Origin: Candidatus Latescibacterota bacterium
GTDB lineage: Bacteria; Latescibacterota; UBA2968; UBA8231
NCBI GenBank assembly: GCA_965243025.1
Contig: CBDETY010000003.1
Location: forward strand, 2,944,001-3,008,000
Reading direction: 5' to 3'
DNA length: 64,000 nucleotides
Part shown: one piece after another, positions 17,815 through 27,079 of the stretch
Numbering within the stretch: the stretch's first letter is position 1
Layout: every line of letters begins with the position of its first letter
Notes under the pieces: model-generated
Databases searched by the model: none
What the model was told of the DNA's origin: nothing
Seen by the model: only the letters and a program-made list of their open reading frames with translations
Program-made: the position numbers and the translations under genes

Positions 17815-17825
17815 GAGACCGAGCC

Positions 17826-20069
17826 TTGGAATTCCATTTTTCATCGATTGGCCGCCTTCCCCTGTTTTTTTTCGGGCTGGCCGCCGTGGCTTGGGCTGAC
17901 GATCTCCCCCCCAGGGTCATCGGGGAAGGGGGGGTGCCGTGGGATGGCGGCGGCGGCGGAACCATCCCGGCCCTGTGGAAGTTGTCCGAAGAGGGGGTAG
18001 AAGAGACGAACACGCCCGGCAACGTGGTCGACTTCGACGTGGCCGACTACCCCAACTGGCTGTTTCCGCAGCAGATCGACAGTACCAGGAGCATTCTGAT
18101 CGGACTCGGATCCAGGGAGCGCGGGGGGAGCGTCCACACCCCAACGTTCACTTTCAACAGCCTCACACCCGAGTTTCCGCTCATGTTCGACGACGATGCG
18201 GAGACGGCCTTCGCAATGCGCGCGGACCGGCCAGGGGAGGCAGCCGGGGGGCGTGGGTTGCTCATCCAGTTCGACTTGGGGAACGTTTTCAGCGTCAACC
18301 GCATCCGGTTCTTCCCACGGAACGCCGATCCCGCCTATCCCGCCCCCGCTTACCCATTCGAAAAGGACTTCATAAAGGCGTACGAGATCTTGACCAACGA
18401 CGGCTCCCCTGAAGCGCTCCGCTTCGGTATCCTCGACTTCACGCGCCTGGTCCGAGTGGAGCAGAGCGAGGAGGCCGTCGTCGATATCCGGATCGAACCG
18501 CAGTTCATGCGGCACCTGCGCTTCAAATCGCTGAGTGATCTCGACTTCGAGATCGCTGAATTCCAGGTCTTCTCTCTCGGTTTCGTGCCGCAGGCGACTT
18601 ACGTCTCCAACGTCTTCGATTTTGGTGACCCGGCTTTGCTGGGCAATCTGCGCTGGGTTCAGGAGAAGTTCGGAGACGCCCGTCAGTCACAGGTTCAGAT
18701 CCGTACGCGAACCGGACTCGACCGGCAACCCCTCGAATTCACCAGGGAGGGCGTCCAGAGCACCGGCAGGGTCAGGAATGTTCGCGTGGTTCTCGGAGTG
18801 AGGGAAGAGGAGATCCTCATCGATGCGGCGTGGAAGAAAGGGGAGAACCTGGAGGACGAGGAGTTGCGACGCATCGTGGATTCCGTCCTCGACAACCCCG
18901 AAATCGACGGGCAGGAAGCCCTGCTCCACTACCAGCTGCTGCCTCCGGAGACGAGGGAACTCCTCGCCCTGAATCAGGAGGATTACTTCGACCTGGATGA
19001 GGAGGAGCGCACAGGAATAGGAGACGATCTGACCAGTTGGAGCGCCTGGTCTCCCCCGTACGCCCTGGAGGGGAAGGTGGTCGAGGCGGATCTCCTGAAC
19101 CCCGAACTGGGAACTCCCCTCACATCGCCTGACGTCCGGAGATTTTTCCAGTTCATGGTGGAATTCACCAGCGAGGCGTTTGACGCCGCCACGGGGTTGG
19201 GAGCGCTGGCGTTCGATGTGGCTGTCCCCAGCTACGCCGACTCGCTGGTCGGGGAAATCGCACCCAGGGCCGCTGCCCTTGCCGAAGACACGGAGTTCAC
19301 CTACGCGGTGCTCGTCAAGATTGGTTCCGGGAGCGGGTTCGACCGACTGGAGATCGACACGCCCTTGAGGACAAGCGCCGTCGGACTGGTCGAAATCATC
19401 AGAACTGACGGGAGCGCCCTGACGGCGGACTTCACCGGCACTGATCTCGAGACCCTCCCTGTGACTGACAACAGCATTTCCATCACTGGGATCGGAAGCA
19501 ATCAGTTGGCCCTCTCCTTCCCCGAAATCAACGGGGACAATACCCTGCTGAGAGTGCAGTTCAGGAACGCCGTGCTTCGGTTCGCGACCCGCTTCGGCAG
19601 TCATGCGTTCAAAGGGGAAAGCCGCATCGGGCAGCGGGTGTTGCCCGGCAATGCGACTGATTTGCGCAGCGTGGGCATCGACGATGCCGACCTCGTTTCG
19701 ATCGGCACCCTGAAGGAGGGCAACCTGTCGGTTTCGGTTCCTATATCGAAAGACCTCCTGGTAAACGTGGCCGCCGATCCGCCGGTCTTCACCCCGAACG
19801 GGGATGGCGTCAACGACGAGTCAGTCATCGGATATGACGTCACCAACATTGGGAAGCCCACAGATGTGCAGGTCGGGATTTACGATCTCAGCGGCCGTCT
19901 CGTTCGGCAGTTCGATGATTTGCGGACGAGCGGCCGTTACGGCAGCGGCTGGGACGGTCGCGACGGGTCGCGAAATCTGGTTCCCCCAGGCAATTACATC
20001 TACACCGTTTCCATCGACGCCAACAAGGGCAACCTCGAACGCTCCGGGGTGGTGAGGGTGGCGTATTAG
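17826..20069 (+). CDS. Secreted discoidin-like/FlgD-Ig domain protein (third subfamily)
   Basis: TTG 17826 follows an AGGAG that overlaps the previous stop. Signal peptide ...LAAVAWA|DD. FDLG..FSVNRIRFFP, IAEFQVF, FTPNGDGVND...VRVAY. Confidence 0.85.
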   Translation: MEFHFSSIGRLPLFFFGLAAVAWADDLPPRVIGEGGVPWDGGGGGTIPALWKLSEEGVEETNTPGNVVDFDVADYPNWLFPQQIDSTRSILIGLGSRERGGSVHTPTFTFNSLTPEFPLMFDDDAETAFAMRADRPGEAAGGRGLLIQFDLGNVFSVNRIRFFPRNADPAYPAPAYPFEKDFIKAYEILTNDGSPEALRFGILDFTRLVRVEQSEEAVVDIRIEPQFMRHLRFKSLSDLDFEIAEFQVFSLGFVPQATYVSNVFDFGDPALLGNLRWVQEKFGDARQSQVQIRTRTGLDRQPLEFTREGVQSTGRVRNVRVVLGVREEEILIDAAWKKGENLEDEELRRIVDSVLDNPEIDGQEALLHYQLLPPETRELLALNQEDYFDLDEEERTGIGDDLTSWSAWSPPYALEGKVVEADLLNPELGTPLTSPDVRRFFQFMVEFTSEAFDAATGLGALAFDVAVPSYADSLVGEIAPRAAALAEDTEFTYAVLVKIGSGSGFDRLEIDTPLRTSAVGLVEIIRTDGSALTADFTGTDLETLPVTDNSISITGIGSNQLALSFPEINGDNTLLRVQFRNAVLRFATRFGSHAFKGESRIGQRVLPGNATDLRSVGIDDADLVSIGTLKEGNLSVSVPISKDLLVNVAADPPVFTPNGDGVNDESVIGYDVTNIGKPTDVQVGIYDLSGRLVRQFDDLRTSGRYGSGWDGRDGSRNLVPPGNYIYTVSIDANKGNLERSGVVRVAY

Positions 20070-20135
20070 CCCCCAATGTCCGGGTTGGCGCATTGAGCTT
20101 GATGAACGCAGTGTAACGGGTGTTAGCGAGTTTCA

Positions 20136-22979
20136 ATGGCGAACGTGGCGTATCGAGCATTTGAGGGAAGCAGGGCAGTGCCAAGGTTGGCCGCGATGGC
20201 TCGAAGCCGATTTATTCACCTCCTTCTTGCCGCGTCGATTTTCGCCGCGGGGTCGGCGGAAGCCGAACGGGATTACGGAAACAGGATCGGGGTTCGTCGA
20301 GGTCATACTACCAGTTTCGAACCCCACGGCCCCGGGGTGATGTTCGGCCCTCTCGATCCGACGGTGCAGCGGTGGTACGTGCCTCAGGAGCTGTATGGCC
20401 AGTTCCAGTGGCGCCAATGGGAGCTGGCGAACTACGCGCGGATTCGGTACCAGCGGTATGTCAACACGAATATCGAGGGAGACCACTTCTACGATATCTT
20501 CGGCGACTACGTGAACCACGGATGGCTTGTATACGATTGGCGTCAGGACCAGCCCAAGGCGTTTGGCAGCGCCGTCTTCAAAGGGGAACAGTTCGACAGC
20601 TGGTTCAGCTCCGTATCCATCAGCAGCGATGGTTCAGGGCAAAACAGATACGCCATCACAGTGGGAAACCAGATCCGCGCCGGCCTCACGCCCATGACGT
20701 TCTCCAAGCCGACCTTCAACGGCGTCCAGTTCGATTTCATGTCCGACAAGTACGCCGCCACGGTGTTGGCATCCCGCATCAGCGACCCGGCTCGGGGAGT
20801 GCTCAGGGAGCCGGATTTGACGACGAACTCGACGGGGCTCATCGGCGGCCGGGTCACCACGCAGGTTGGCGACTTCATCACCGTTGGGGCCACCCTGGTC
20901 GACGCGCGCAACTCAAACGCGACGATGGACATGTTCGAGGGGAACCTGGTGGCCGGTAATCTCACGGAAGGTCAGAGTCAGGAACCTGTGGAGGTTATCG
21001 CGGTGGTGCTGGGCGACGATTCGCCGGACGATGACATCGGCGGTGCGGCGCTCTTCAGCCACGATATCCGCATCACCGCCAGGGATTTCGACACCGGCGG
21101 CGAGACCGTGTTCACACTGGAACAGGTTGTGCGTGAAGGGTCGGCGTGGCCCGCGGTCTTCGGCGGTATTCCGAAGCGCGGTTTCCTGGCCGCCGACGGC
21201 GAGGAGCTGATCGTCCTGAATTACGATTTCCGCGATCCCGCCTACACCGGCCCCGACGAGACCACGATCGTCAAAATCGAGTTCGACTACGTCCTGGCGA
21301 ACGACTATACCGTTCAAGTCTGGTCCAACCGCCAGACCGGAAGGCGGGCAATGACGACGCCGCCCTTGACCGGCGAGAGCATTCGCGCCGAGGAACCCGC
21401 CCTCCTGACCGTGGAACGCGCACGGGGCAACGTGAAGGACAAGTCCAACCTCCGTCGCCTGCGCTTCGAGTACGGCCTGCCTACCGCCAACCTCGTCGGG
21501 GGGTTCACAATCGAAGGCACCGACCTGTGGGGCATCGACTTCTACGGCGAATGGGACCGCAACCTGAGATACAGTCAGTACCCCAATGCCGGTCTGTTCA
21601 GTGCCCGGGACGGTCACGAAGTCAGTTCCAAAAGCGCCGACGCCTGGCAGCTTTCGATGTCAAAGGTGGCGTATCCGTTCTTCGTGTACGGTGAGGGGTA
21701 TTCCTTCGCCGACGACTATTCCACCGCCGCCTTCGTGGTCGATGAAGACGGCAATGTCACCTACGACGACCCCTCCATTTTTTCCTACGAATTCGTCGAC
21801 GACAACGACGATCAGGACCGCCTTCCCGATTGGATCCGCAGCGGTTCCCAGGCCGGCGATCGAGTCATCTTCCCGGGATGGGATGCCAACAACGACTTCA
21901 TCTCGGATTTCAACCAGAACGACAACTCCACCGTGGCCAACGAGCTTCCGGACTACGAGGAGCCCTTCCTGAGGCACGATGTCGACCGGCCGGAGTTCCT
22001 CTTCGGCATCGATCTGAACAACAACGGCTGGATTGACCGCTTCGAGGACGACGACCTTCCCGATTACCCTTACAAGAAGGACCGACGGGGATACAACGCC
22101 TACGCAGGGACACATCTGGGGCCCGATGTGCGGTTCACCGCCGGGCGCAGTTACGAGCGCATGTTCTCGGATGACCGCGACAACACTACTTCATACGGGC
22201 TGCTCACCGTGGACAAGAACCACCCAGGGGTGGGCAGGGTGCGCCTCTTCGATATGTTGAAACTTGCCCGGGATTCAGTTCCCGATTTACGCCGGAGCCC
22301 GACGCCTTTCCTCAGGGCCCCGGTGCAGCCGGTGATCGAGGATGTCCTGCCGGCGCAGGATACCTGGGTCAACAGCCTGTGGCTCGGTTTCGACTATACC
22401 GGCATCCCGGATGTGCGGATCGAGAACAAGCTCAAGCATGAATTCTACAAACAACGAAAAGAGAATTCACTCGATGCGACCGGGCGCCCGTTGCAGGAGA
22501 CTTCCTGGCTGTTCGGTCTTGTGAACAAGGCGGAATACGGGCACCGACTCCGAAACCTCGATCTGACCGCCAAGTTCAAGAGCGAGGTCTTCAGTCAGGA
22601 AAGCCTCCTCAAAGGCGAGGAGGACCGGAAACACTGGATGGGGATAGTGACTCTGCTCGGCAAACTGCCGGTACTCTCCCACAGCGTCGTCACCACCGGC
22701 CTGGAGTTCGCGCAGTTCAACGACCGCGTCAAAGACGAAAACGAGATGGTTGGCAGCAGAATGGCCGGTGAGACCGGGGACTTCCGCTCCGTGAACCTCG
22801 CCTTTCAGCTCTCGAACACTTCGAATTATCTGGGTTACGTCCTGACCACAGAAGCCGGTTTCCGGATCGGTCGCGTTTCCGAGGAAATCGTGCGCTCGCG
22901 AGACGGGGAATTCGAACACGCGACCAAGGGAACGACTCAGAGGACCAGCTTCATCGTCATGTACGCCGGCGTCCAATAA
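20136..22979 (+). CDS. Large secreted or outer-membrane hypothetical protein, paralogue 3
   Basis: Closest to 5265..8090, with the same conserved blocks. The true start may be ATG 20196. Confidence 0.85.
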   Translation: MANVAYRAFEGSRAVPRLAAMARSRFIHLLLAASIFAAGSAEAERDYGNRIGVRRGHTTSFEPHGPGVMFGPLDPTVQRWYVPQELYGQFQWRQWELANYARIRYQRYVNTNIEGDHFYDIFGDYVNHGWLVYDWRQDQPKAFGSAVFKGEQFDSWFSSVSISSDGSGQNRYAITVGNQIRAGLTPMTFSKPTFNGVQFDFMSDKYAATVLASRISDPARGVLREPDLTTNSTGLIGGRVTTQVGDFITVGATLVDARNSNATMDMFEGNLVAGNLTEGQSQEPVEVIAVVLGDDSPDDDIGGAALFSHDIRITARDFDTGGETVFTLEQVVREGSAWPAVFGGIPKRGFLAADGEELIVLNYDFRDPAYTGPDETTIVKIEFDYVLANDYTVQVWSNRQTGRRAMTTPPLTGESIRAEEPALLTVERARGNVKDKSNLRRLRFEYGLPTANLVGGFTIEGTDLWGIDFYGEWDRNLRYSQYPNAGLFSARDGHEVSSKSADAWQLSMSKVAYPFFVYGEGYSFADDYSTAAFVVDEDGNVTYDDPSIFSYEFVDDNDDQDRLPDWIRSGSQAGDRVIFPGWDANNDFISDFNQNDNSTVANELPDYEEPFLRHDVDRPEFLFGIDLNNNGWIDRFEDDDLPDYPYKKDRRGYNAYAGTHLGPDVRFTAGRSYERMFSDDRDNTTSYGLLTVDKNHPGVGRVRLFDMLKLARDSVPDLRRSPTPFLRAPVQPVIEDVLPAQDTWVNSLWLGFDYTGIPDVRIENKLKHEFYKQRKENSLDATGRPLQETSWLFGLVNKAEYGHRLRNLDLTAKFKSEVFSQESLLKGEEDRKHWMGIVTLLGKLPVLSHSVVTTGLEFAQFNDRVKDENEMVGSRMAGETGDFRSVNLAFQLSNTSNYLGYVLTTEAGFRIGRVSEEIVRSRDGEFEHATKGTTQRTSFIVMYAGVQ

Positions 22980-23018
22980 GGGCTCACCGAAGCAGTCATA
23001 CCGCGAAACCCCCCGGCT

Positions 23019-24152
23019 TTACTGAATCAACTCCGTCGTTTCCGACTCGATTACCTCCATGTCGAGATCGACGCCCAGTCCCGGACCCTCCGGCATCTCG
23101 ACATAGCCGTCCGACACCTTCAGGGGGTTTCTTACCGCAGGATTCGTGTAGGCCTCGAAAGGGGGGTGCACCTCGAGGAGCACGGTGTTCTCGATGGCGC
23201 CGTTTACGTGGAGGGATGAGAATCCCCACATGGGGGTGGTGGCCGACACGTGAATGGACACACCGAAGCTGTAGGCCAGTTGCGCCAGCTTGAGCATCTC
23301 CGTGATGCCGCCCATCTCGACATAAGGCTTGATGCCGTCGGCAACTCCCAGGGCCAGCATCTGGGCGTAGCTGTGGAGGTGGTGGGGGAAATACTCACCG
23401 GCTACGATGGGAATCTCCAGGGTGTCGCGGAGTTTTTTCAGGCCGAGGAAATCGTGGTCCCTCAGCGGCTCCTCGAACCAGGTGAAGTCGTACTCCTCAA
23501 GAGCGCGGCCGACCCGGACCGCCTCTTTGTGCTCGTAATAGCCAACGGCATCGTGCATCAGGTGAAAGTCGGGACCGACTGCGTCGCGCAGCTTGCCGGC
23601 CAGCTCGATCATGAACTTCGGGCCAGCGTAGCAATGGTCCTTGCTGCCGAGGTACCCGTCCTCCTTGACCTGCAGGGCAAACTCCAGAAAATGGTCCATC
23701 GACTTGCCCTCGGGGCCCATCGTGCCCGACTGTGTGCGGTAGGCCGGCACCTTGTCACGGCAGGCTCCCAGAAGGCGCCAGACCGGCATTCCGTGTCGCT
23801 TGCCCGCGATGTCCCAGAGGGCAACGTCGATGGAACCCCGCAATTTCTTCGGGGGCCACAACAGGCGTTCCCGCATCAGGTTGTCGTGCCACATCCTTTC
23901 GTGGGCCAAAGCGTCGCGGCCGATCAGGTAGTCGCGGAAGGGACCGGTAATTACGTGCGCCATCTCCGGGTCGATCAGATTGCACCACCCTTCGATACCG
24001 TCTTCGGTTATGATGCGGAGGAGACCGTCCCTCTTCCCCACGCCCTTGTCGAAACCGAGCATGTGCACCTTCAGGTCGACGATGGGAAGCGGGTCGTAGC
24101 CTTCGTACTCGACCGGCTGCCAGGGGCCGGCGCTGCGGTTGTCGGTTACCAT
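23019..24152 (-). CDS. Mandelate racemase/muconate lactonizing (enolase superfamily) enzyme
   Basis: DVALWDIAGK, KDH, MHD, WFEEP, AGE, PGLGVD. Start moved to MVTDN at 24152. Confidence 0.88.
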   Translation of the reverse strand: MVTDNRSAGPWQPVEYEGYDPLPIVDLKVHMLGFDKGVGKRDGLLRIITEDGIEGWCNLIDPEMAHVITGPFRDYLIGRDALAHERMWHDNLMRERLLWPPKKLRGSIDVALWDIAGKRHGMPVWRLLGACRDKVPAYRTQSGTMGPEGKSMDHFLEFALQVKEDGYLGSKDHCYAGPKFMIELAGKLRDAVGPDFHLMHDAVGYYEHKEAVRVGRALEEYDFTWFEEPLRDHDFLGLKKLRDTLEIPIVAGEYFPHHLHSYAQMLALGVADGIKPYVEMGGITEMLKLAQLAYSFGVSIHVSATTPMWGFSSLHVNGAIENTVLLEVHPPFEAYTNPAVRNPLKVSDGYVEMPEGPGLGVDLDMEVIESETTELIQ

Positions 24153-24592
24153 TTCAATTCCGTTTCTGTCATGGGTTGGAAGTCGCGAAGCGCGGAGCCG
24201 CGGAATCGGTATCCCTGTTCGCCGTCGGACCTGCGCTCCGGTGATCGGGGCCGGGGGCGTTACCACCTCCCCGAACTTGAACGCGTCCTTCAAAGCGGGG
24301 GGATCGGCCGTCTCCCGACCATCCAACGGAGGTGACGACCCGGCTCGTCATCGCAAAATGTCGCGATGGCCTCCATGGTGAGACAAGGTTGCCATCCCGG
24401 CTGTCGGGAGTGTCGACCGAGCCCGCGCCAGTCGATCCTGTCCGCAGTTGCGAGGGAGAAACGCGGCCTTTCTCATCAGGTTTGCGGAATATACCTTAAG
24501 CCCAACCGGTTTCAAACGAGACGCCAACTTTTTTTTCAACCTCGTCCGGGGCCGATTGACCCGCCCCCTGGACCCGCCGCAACCCCTCCCCG

Positions 24593-26923
24593 ATGCGAAT
24601 GAGCTTCAACCCACCTGGCAAGCTTGGCTGCGGCGGAGGTCTCAAAGTTGAAACCAGGTTGATCGGGAAAGACAGACCGCCATCCCGACGAATAGCTGAT
24701 GTGGCAGCTGTTCTGTGTTTCCTCGCAGTGCTCGCAGGGGGATTCCCGAACGCTTTGGAGGCCGGCGCGGACTTCGAGGAGAGTCATCGGCGCATGGTGG
24801 CCCTGTTGCAGCAGGTCGAGGCACAAAGCCGCCAGAACAATCCCTACCAGAGCGAAAGCGAAGCGCAGCGATGGCGTCAACGGTTGCGGTTCATTTCGGA
24901 AAGTTCACCGAGCCGCGCCAGGGTGGAAGCAAATTTCCATCTGGGGGTAGCCGAACTGTTTCTGGGAAATGAACGCCTGGCCATCGAGCACCTGACTGCG
25001 GCCGACAGTCTCCTGGCCAGCATGAGCGGGGCTCCGGACGAGGTCCTCAACGAACTGAAATTCCGCCTCGGGGTCGCCTTTCTACGTCTCGGCGAAACCC
25101 AGAACTGCCGCCAGCACTACACCCCGGAAAGCTGCATACTGCCAATCAGGGACGGCGGCGTCCACGTTCTTCCGGAAGGATCCCAGGCAGCGGTCAAACA
25201 GTTTGCCGCCGTGCTGACCAACACCGGCCCCGGAACCAATTGGCACATGGAGGCTTTGTGGCTGCTGAACCTCGCCTACATGACCCTGGGCCGGTATCCG
25301 CACGAGGTGCCGGCGGAATACCTGATCCCGCCGGAGGCTTTCGCGGCCGAGGAAACCTTCCCCCATTTCGCCAATATTGCCCAGGGCCTCGGGCTCGATA
25401 CCGTCAGCCTGTCAGGTGGAGCCGTGGCCGATGATTTCGACGGCGACCACTACCTGGATCTGCTCGTCTCCACCTCGGACGCGGCAGGGCCCATCCGTTT
25501 CTTCCACAACGATAGGAACGGCACTTTTTCCGAGCGCACCGAGGCCGCCGGCCTGACGGGCATTTTCGGCGGCCTCAACATGGTCCAGGCGGACTACGAC
25601 AACGATGGCGCCCTCGATGTCCTGGTGCTGCGCGGGGCCTGGTTCGGGGCCGCTGGCCAGCACCCCAACTCCCTGCTGCGAAATCGGGGCGATGGCACCT
25701 TTGTCGACGTGACCTTCGCCGCCGGGCTGGGCGAATACCACTATCCCACCCAGACCGCCGCCTGGGCGGATTACGACAACGACGGAGACGTCGATGTCTA
25801 CATCGGCAATGAATCGACCGACGAGCTGTATGCCCCCAGCGAGCTGTTCCGCAACGAGGGGGATGGCACCTTTGTCGATGTGGCGGCCCAGGCCGGCGTC
25901 CTCAACGACCAGTTCACCAAGGCGGTGGTGTGGGGGGACTACGACGGAGACCGACGTCCGGACCTGTACGTGTCGAATCTGGGCGGGCCAAACCGCCTGT
26001 ATCGCAACCTGGGGGACGGCGCGTTCACCAATGTGGCGTTGGAACTGGGGGTATTCCGCCCTCTGCACAGTTTTCCGGCCTGGTTCTGGGATTTCGACAA
26101 CGACGGTGCCCTCGACCTGTTCGTGGCAGCCTATGCCGCGGGAATCGCCACAGTGGCCGCCTCCTACCTCGATCGGCCCTTCAAGTTGGAGCCGACCCGG
26201 ATGCACCTCTACCGGGGCGACGGACAAGGGGGGTTTTCCGAAGTCGGCAAGCAGTGCAACCTGCTCCGTCCCACCAAGCCCATGGGGGCCAACTTCGGGG
26301 ACATCGACAATGACGGCTATCTCGATTTTTACCTGGGAACCGGCGACGTGGATTACATCTATCTCATACCCAACCTGTTTTACCGCAACCTTGCCGGCAG
26401 GCGCTTCGCCGACGTGACCGCAGGGGCGGGCATGGGGCACCTGCAGAAGGGCCACGGGGTCGTCTTCGCCGATCTTGACAACGACGGCGACCAGGATCTG
26501 TTCGAACAGATGGGCGGTGCCTACCTGGGGGACAAATACGGCGACAGCCTCTACGAAAACCCGGGGTTCGGCAACAGGTGGCTGGCGGTCAAGGCGGTAG
26601 GAACGCAATCGAACCGGGCGGCCATCGGGGCCCGGATTCGAGTGCAGGTGGTAGAGGGTGGCGAGCGGCGGACCGTTTACAAATACGTCAACGGCGGGGG
26701 GACCTTCGGGGCCAATCCGCTACGGCAGACTATCGGCCTGGGGCGGGCCGAGCGGATCGAGGAACTGGAAGTTTACTGGCCGACCACGAACCAGACCCAG
26801 AAGTTCACCCATGTGCCCCTGGATGCCTTCATCCAGATCGTGGAAGGCAGCGATCGCTTCAACCGGCTGGAAGTTCAACCGTGCGCGTTCGCCGTATCCA
26901 ACCGCCCGGCGCATTCTCACTGA
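24593..26923 (+). CDS. CRTAC1-like FG-GAP repeat protein with ASPIC/UnbV C-terminus and TPR-like N-terminus
   Basis: Multiple D(Y/F)DNDG..D repeats, NRAAIGARI, GLG.A..I..LEV.WP. Start uncertain. Confidence 0.88.
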   Translation: MRMSFNPPGKLGCGGGLKVETRLIGKDRPPSRRIADVAAVLCFLAVLAGGFPNALEAGADFEESHRRMVALLQQVEAQSRQNNPYQSESEAQRWRQRLRFISESSPSRARVEANFHLGVAELFLGNERLAIEHLTAADSLLASMSGAPDEVLNELKFRLGVAFLRLGETQNCRQHYTPESCILPIRDGGVHVLPEGSQAAVKQFAAVLTNTGPGTNWHMEALWLLNLAYMTLGRYPHEVPAEYLIPPEAFAAEETFPHFANIAQGLGLDTVSLSGGAVADDFDGDHYLDLLVSTSDAAGPIRFFHNDRNGTFSERTEAAGLTGIFGGLNMVQADYDNDGALDVLVLRGAWFGAAGQHPNSLLRNRGDGTFVDVTFAAGLGEYHYPTQTAAWADYDNDGDVDVYIGNESTDELYAPSELFRNEGDGTFVDVAAQAGVLNDQFTKAVVWGDYDGDRRPDLYVSNLGGPNRLYRNLGDGAFTNVALELGVFRPLHSFPAWFWDFDNDGALDLFVAAYAAGIATVAASYLDRPFKLEPTRMHLYRGDGQGGFSEVGKQCNLLRPTKPMGANFGDIDNDGYLDFYLGTGDVDYIYLIPNLFYRNLAGRRFADVTAGAGMGHLQKGHGVVFADLDNDGDQDLFEQMGGAYLGDKYGDSLYENPGFGNRWLAVKAVGTQSNRAAIGARIRVQVVEGGERRTVYKYVNGGGTFGANPLRQTIGLGRAERIEELEVYWPTTNQTQKFTHVPLDAFIQIVEGSDRFNRLEVQPCAFAVSNRPAHSH

Positions 26924-27079
26924 TTCCTGCCCCATCGATTTCTTGATCTTGCGATAGCCCGTGCCATGGCTCCTCCCGGGTCGGGTATTCACGGCATCCG
27001 GGCCGGTGCCTGATTCTGATCCCGGAACTTGCTTCAACCCACGCGCGACCGCATCCCGCCTTCTTCCGACAGGCACCGG

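Noticed and set aside
16635-17825. 1144-aa ORF 16635..20069
   Set aside because: The N-terminal part is an off-frame shadow of the 15115 gene; the RBS and signal peptide point to TTG 17826
1-22979. Diversity-generating retroelement or shufflon as the mechanism
   Set aside because: No reverse transcriptase, site-specific recombinase or adenine-specific TR/VR pair is seen; variation includes indels and lies N-terminal. A trans-acting factor elsewhere cannot be excluded
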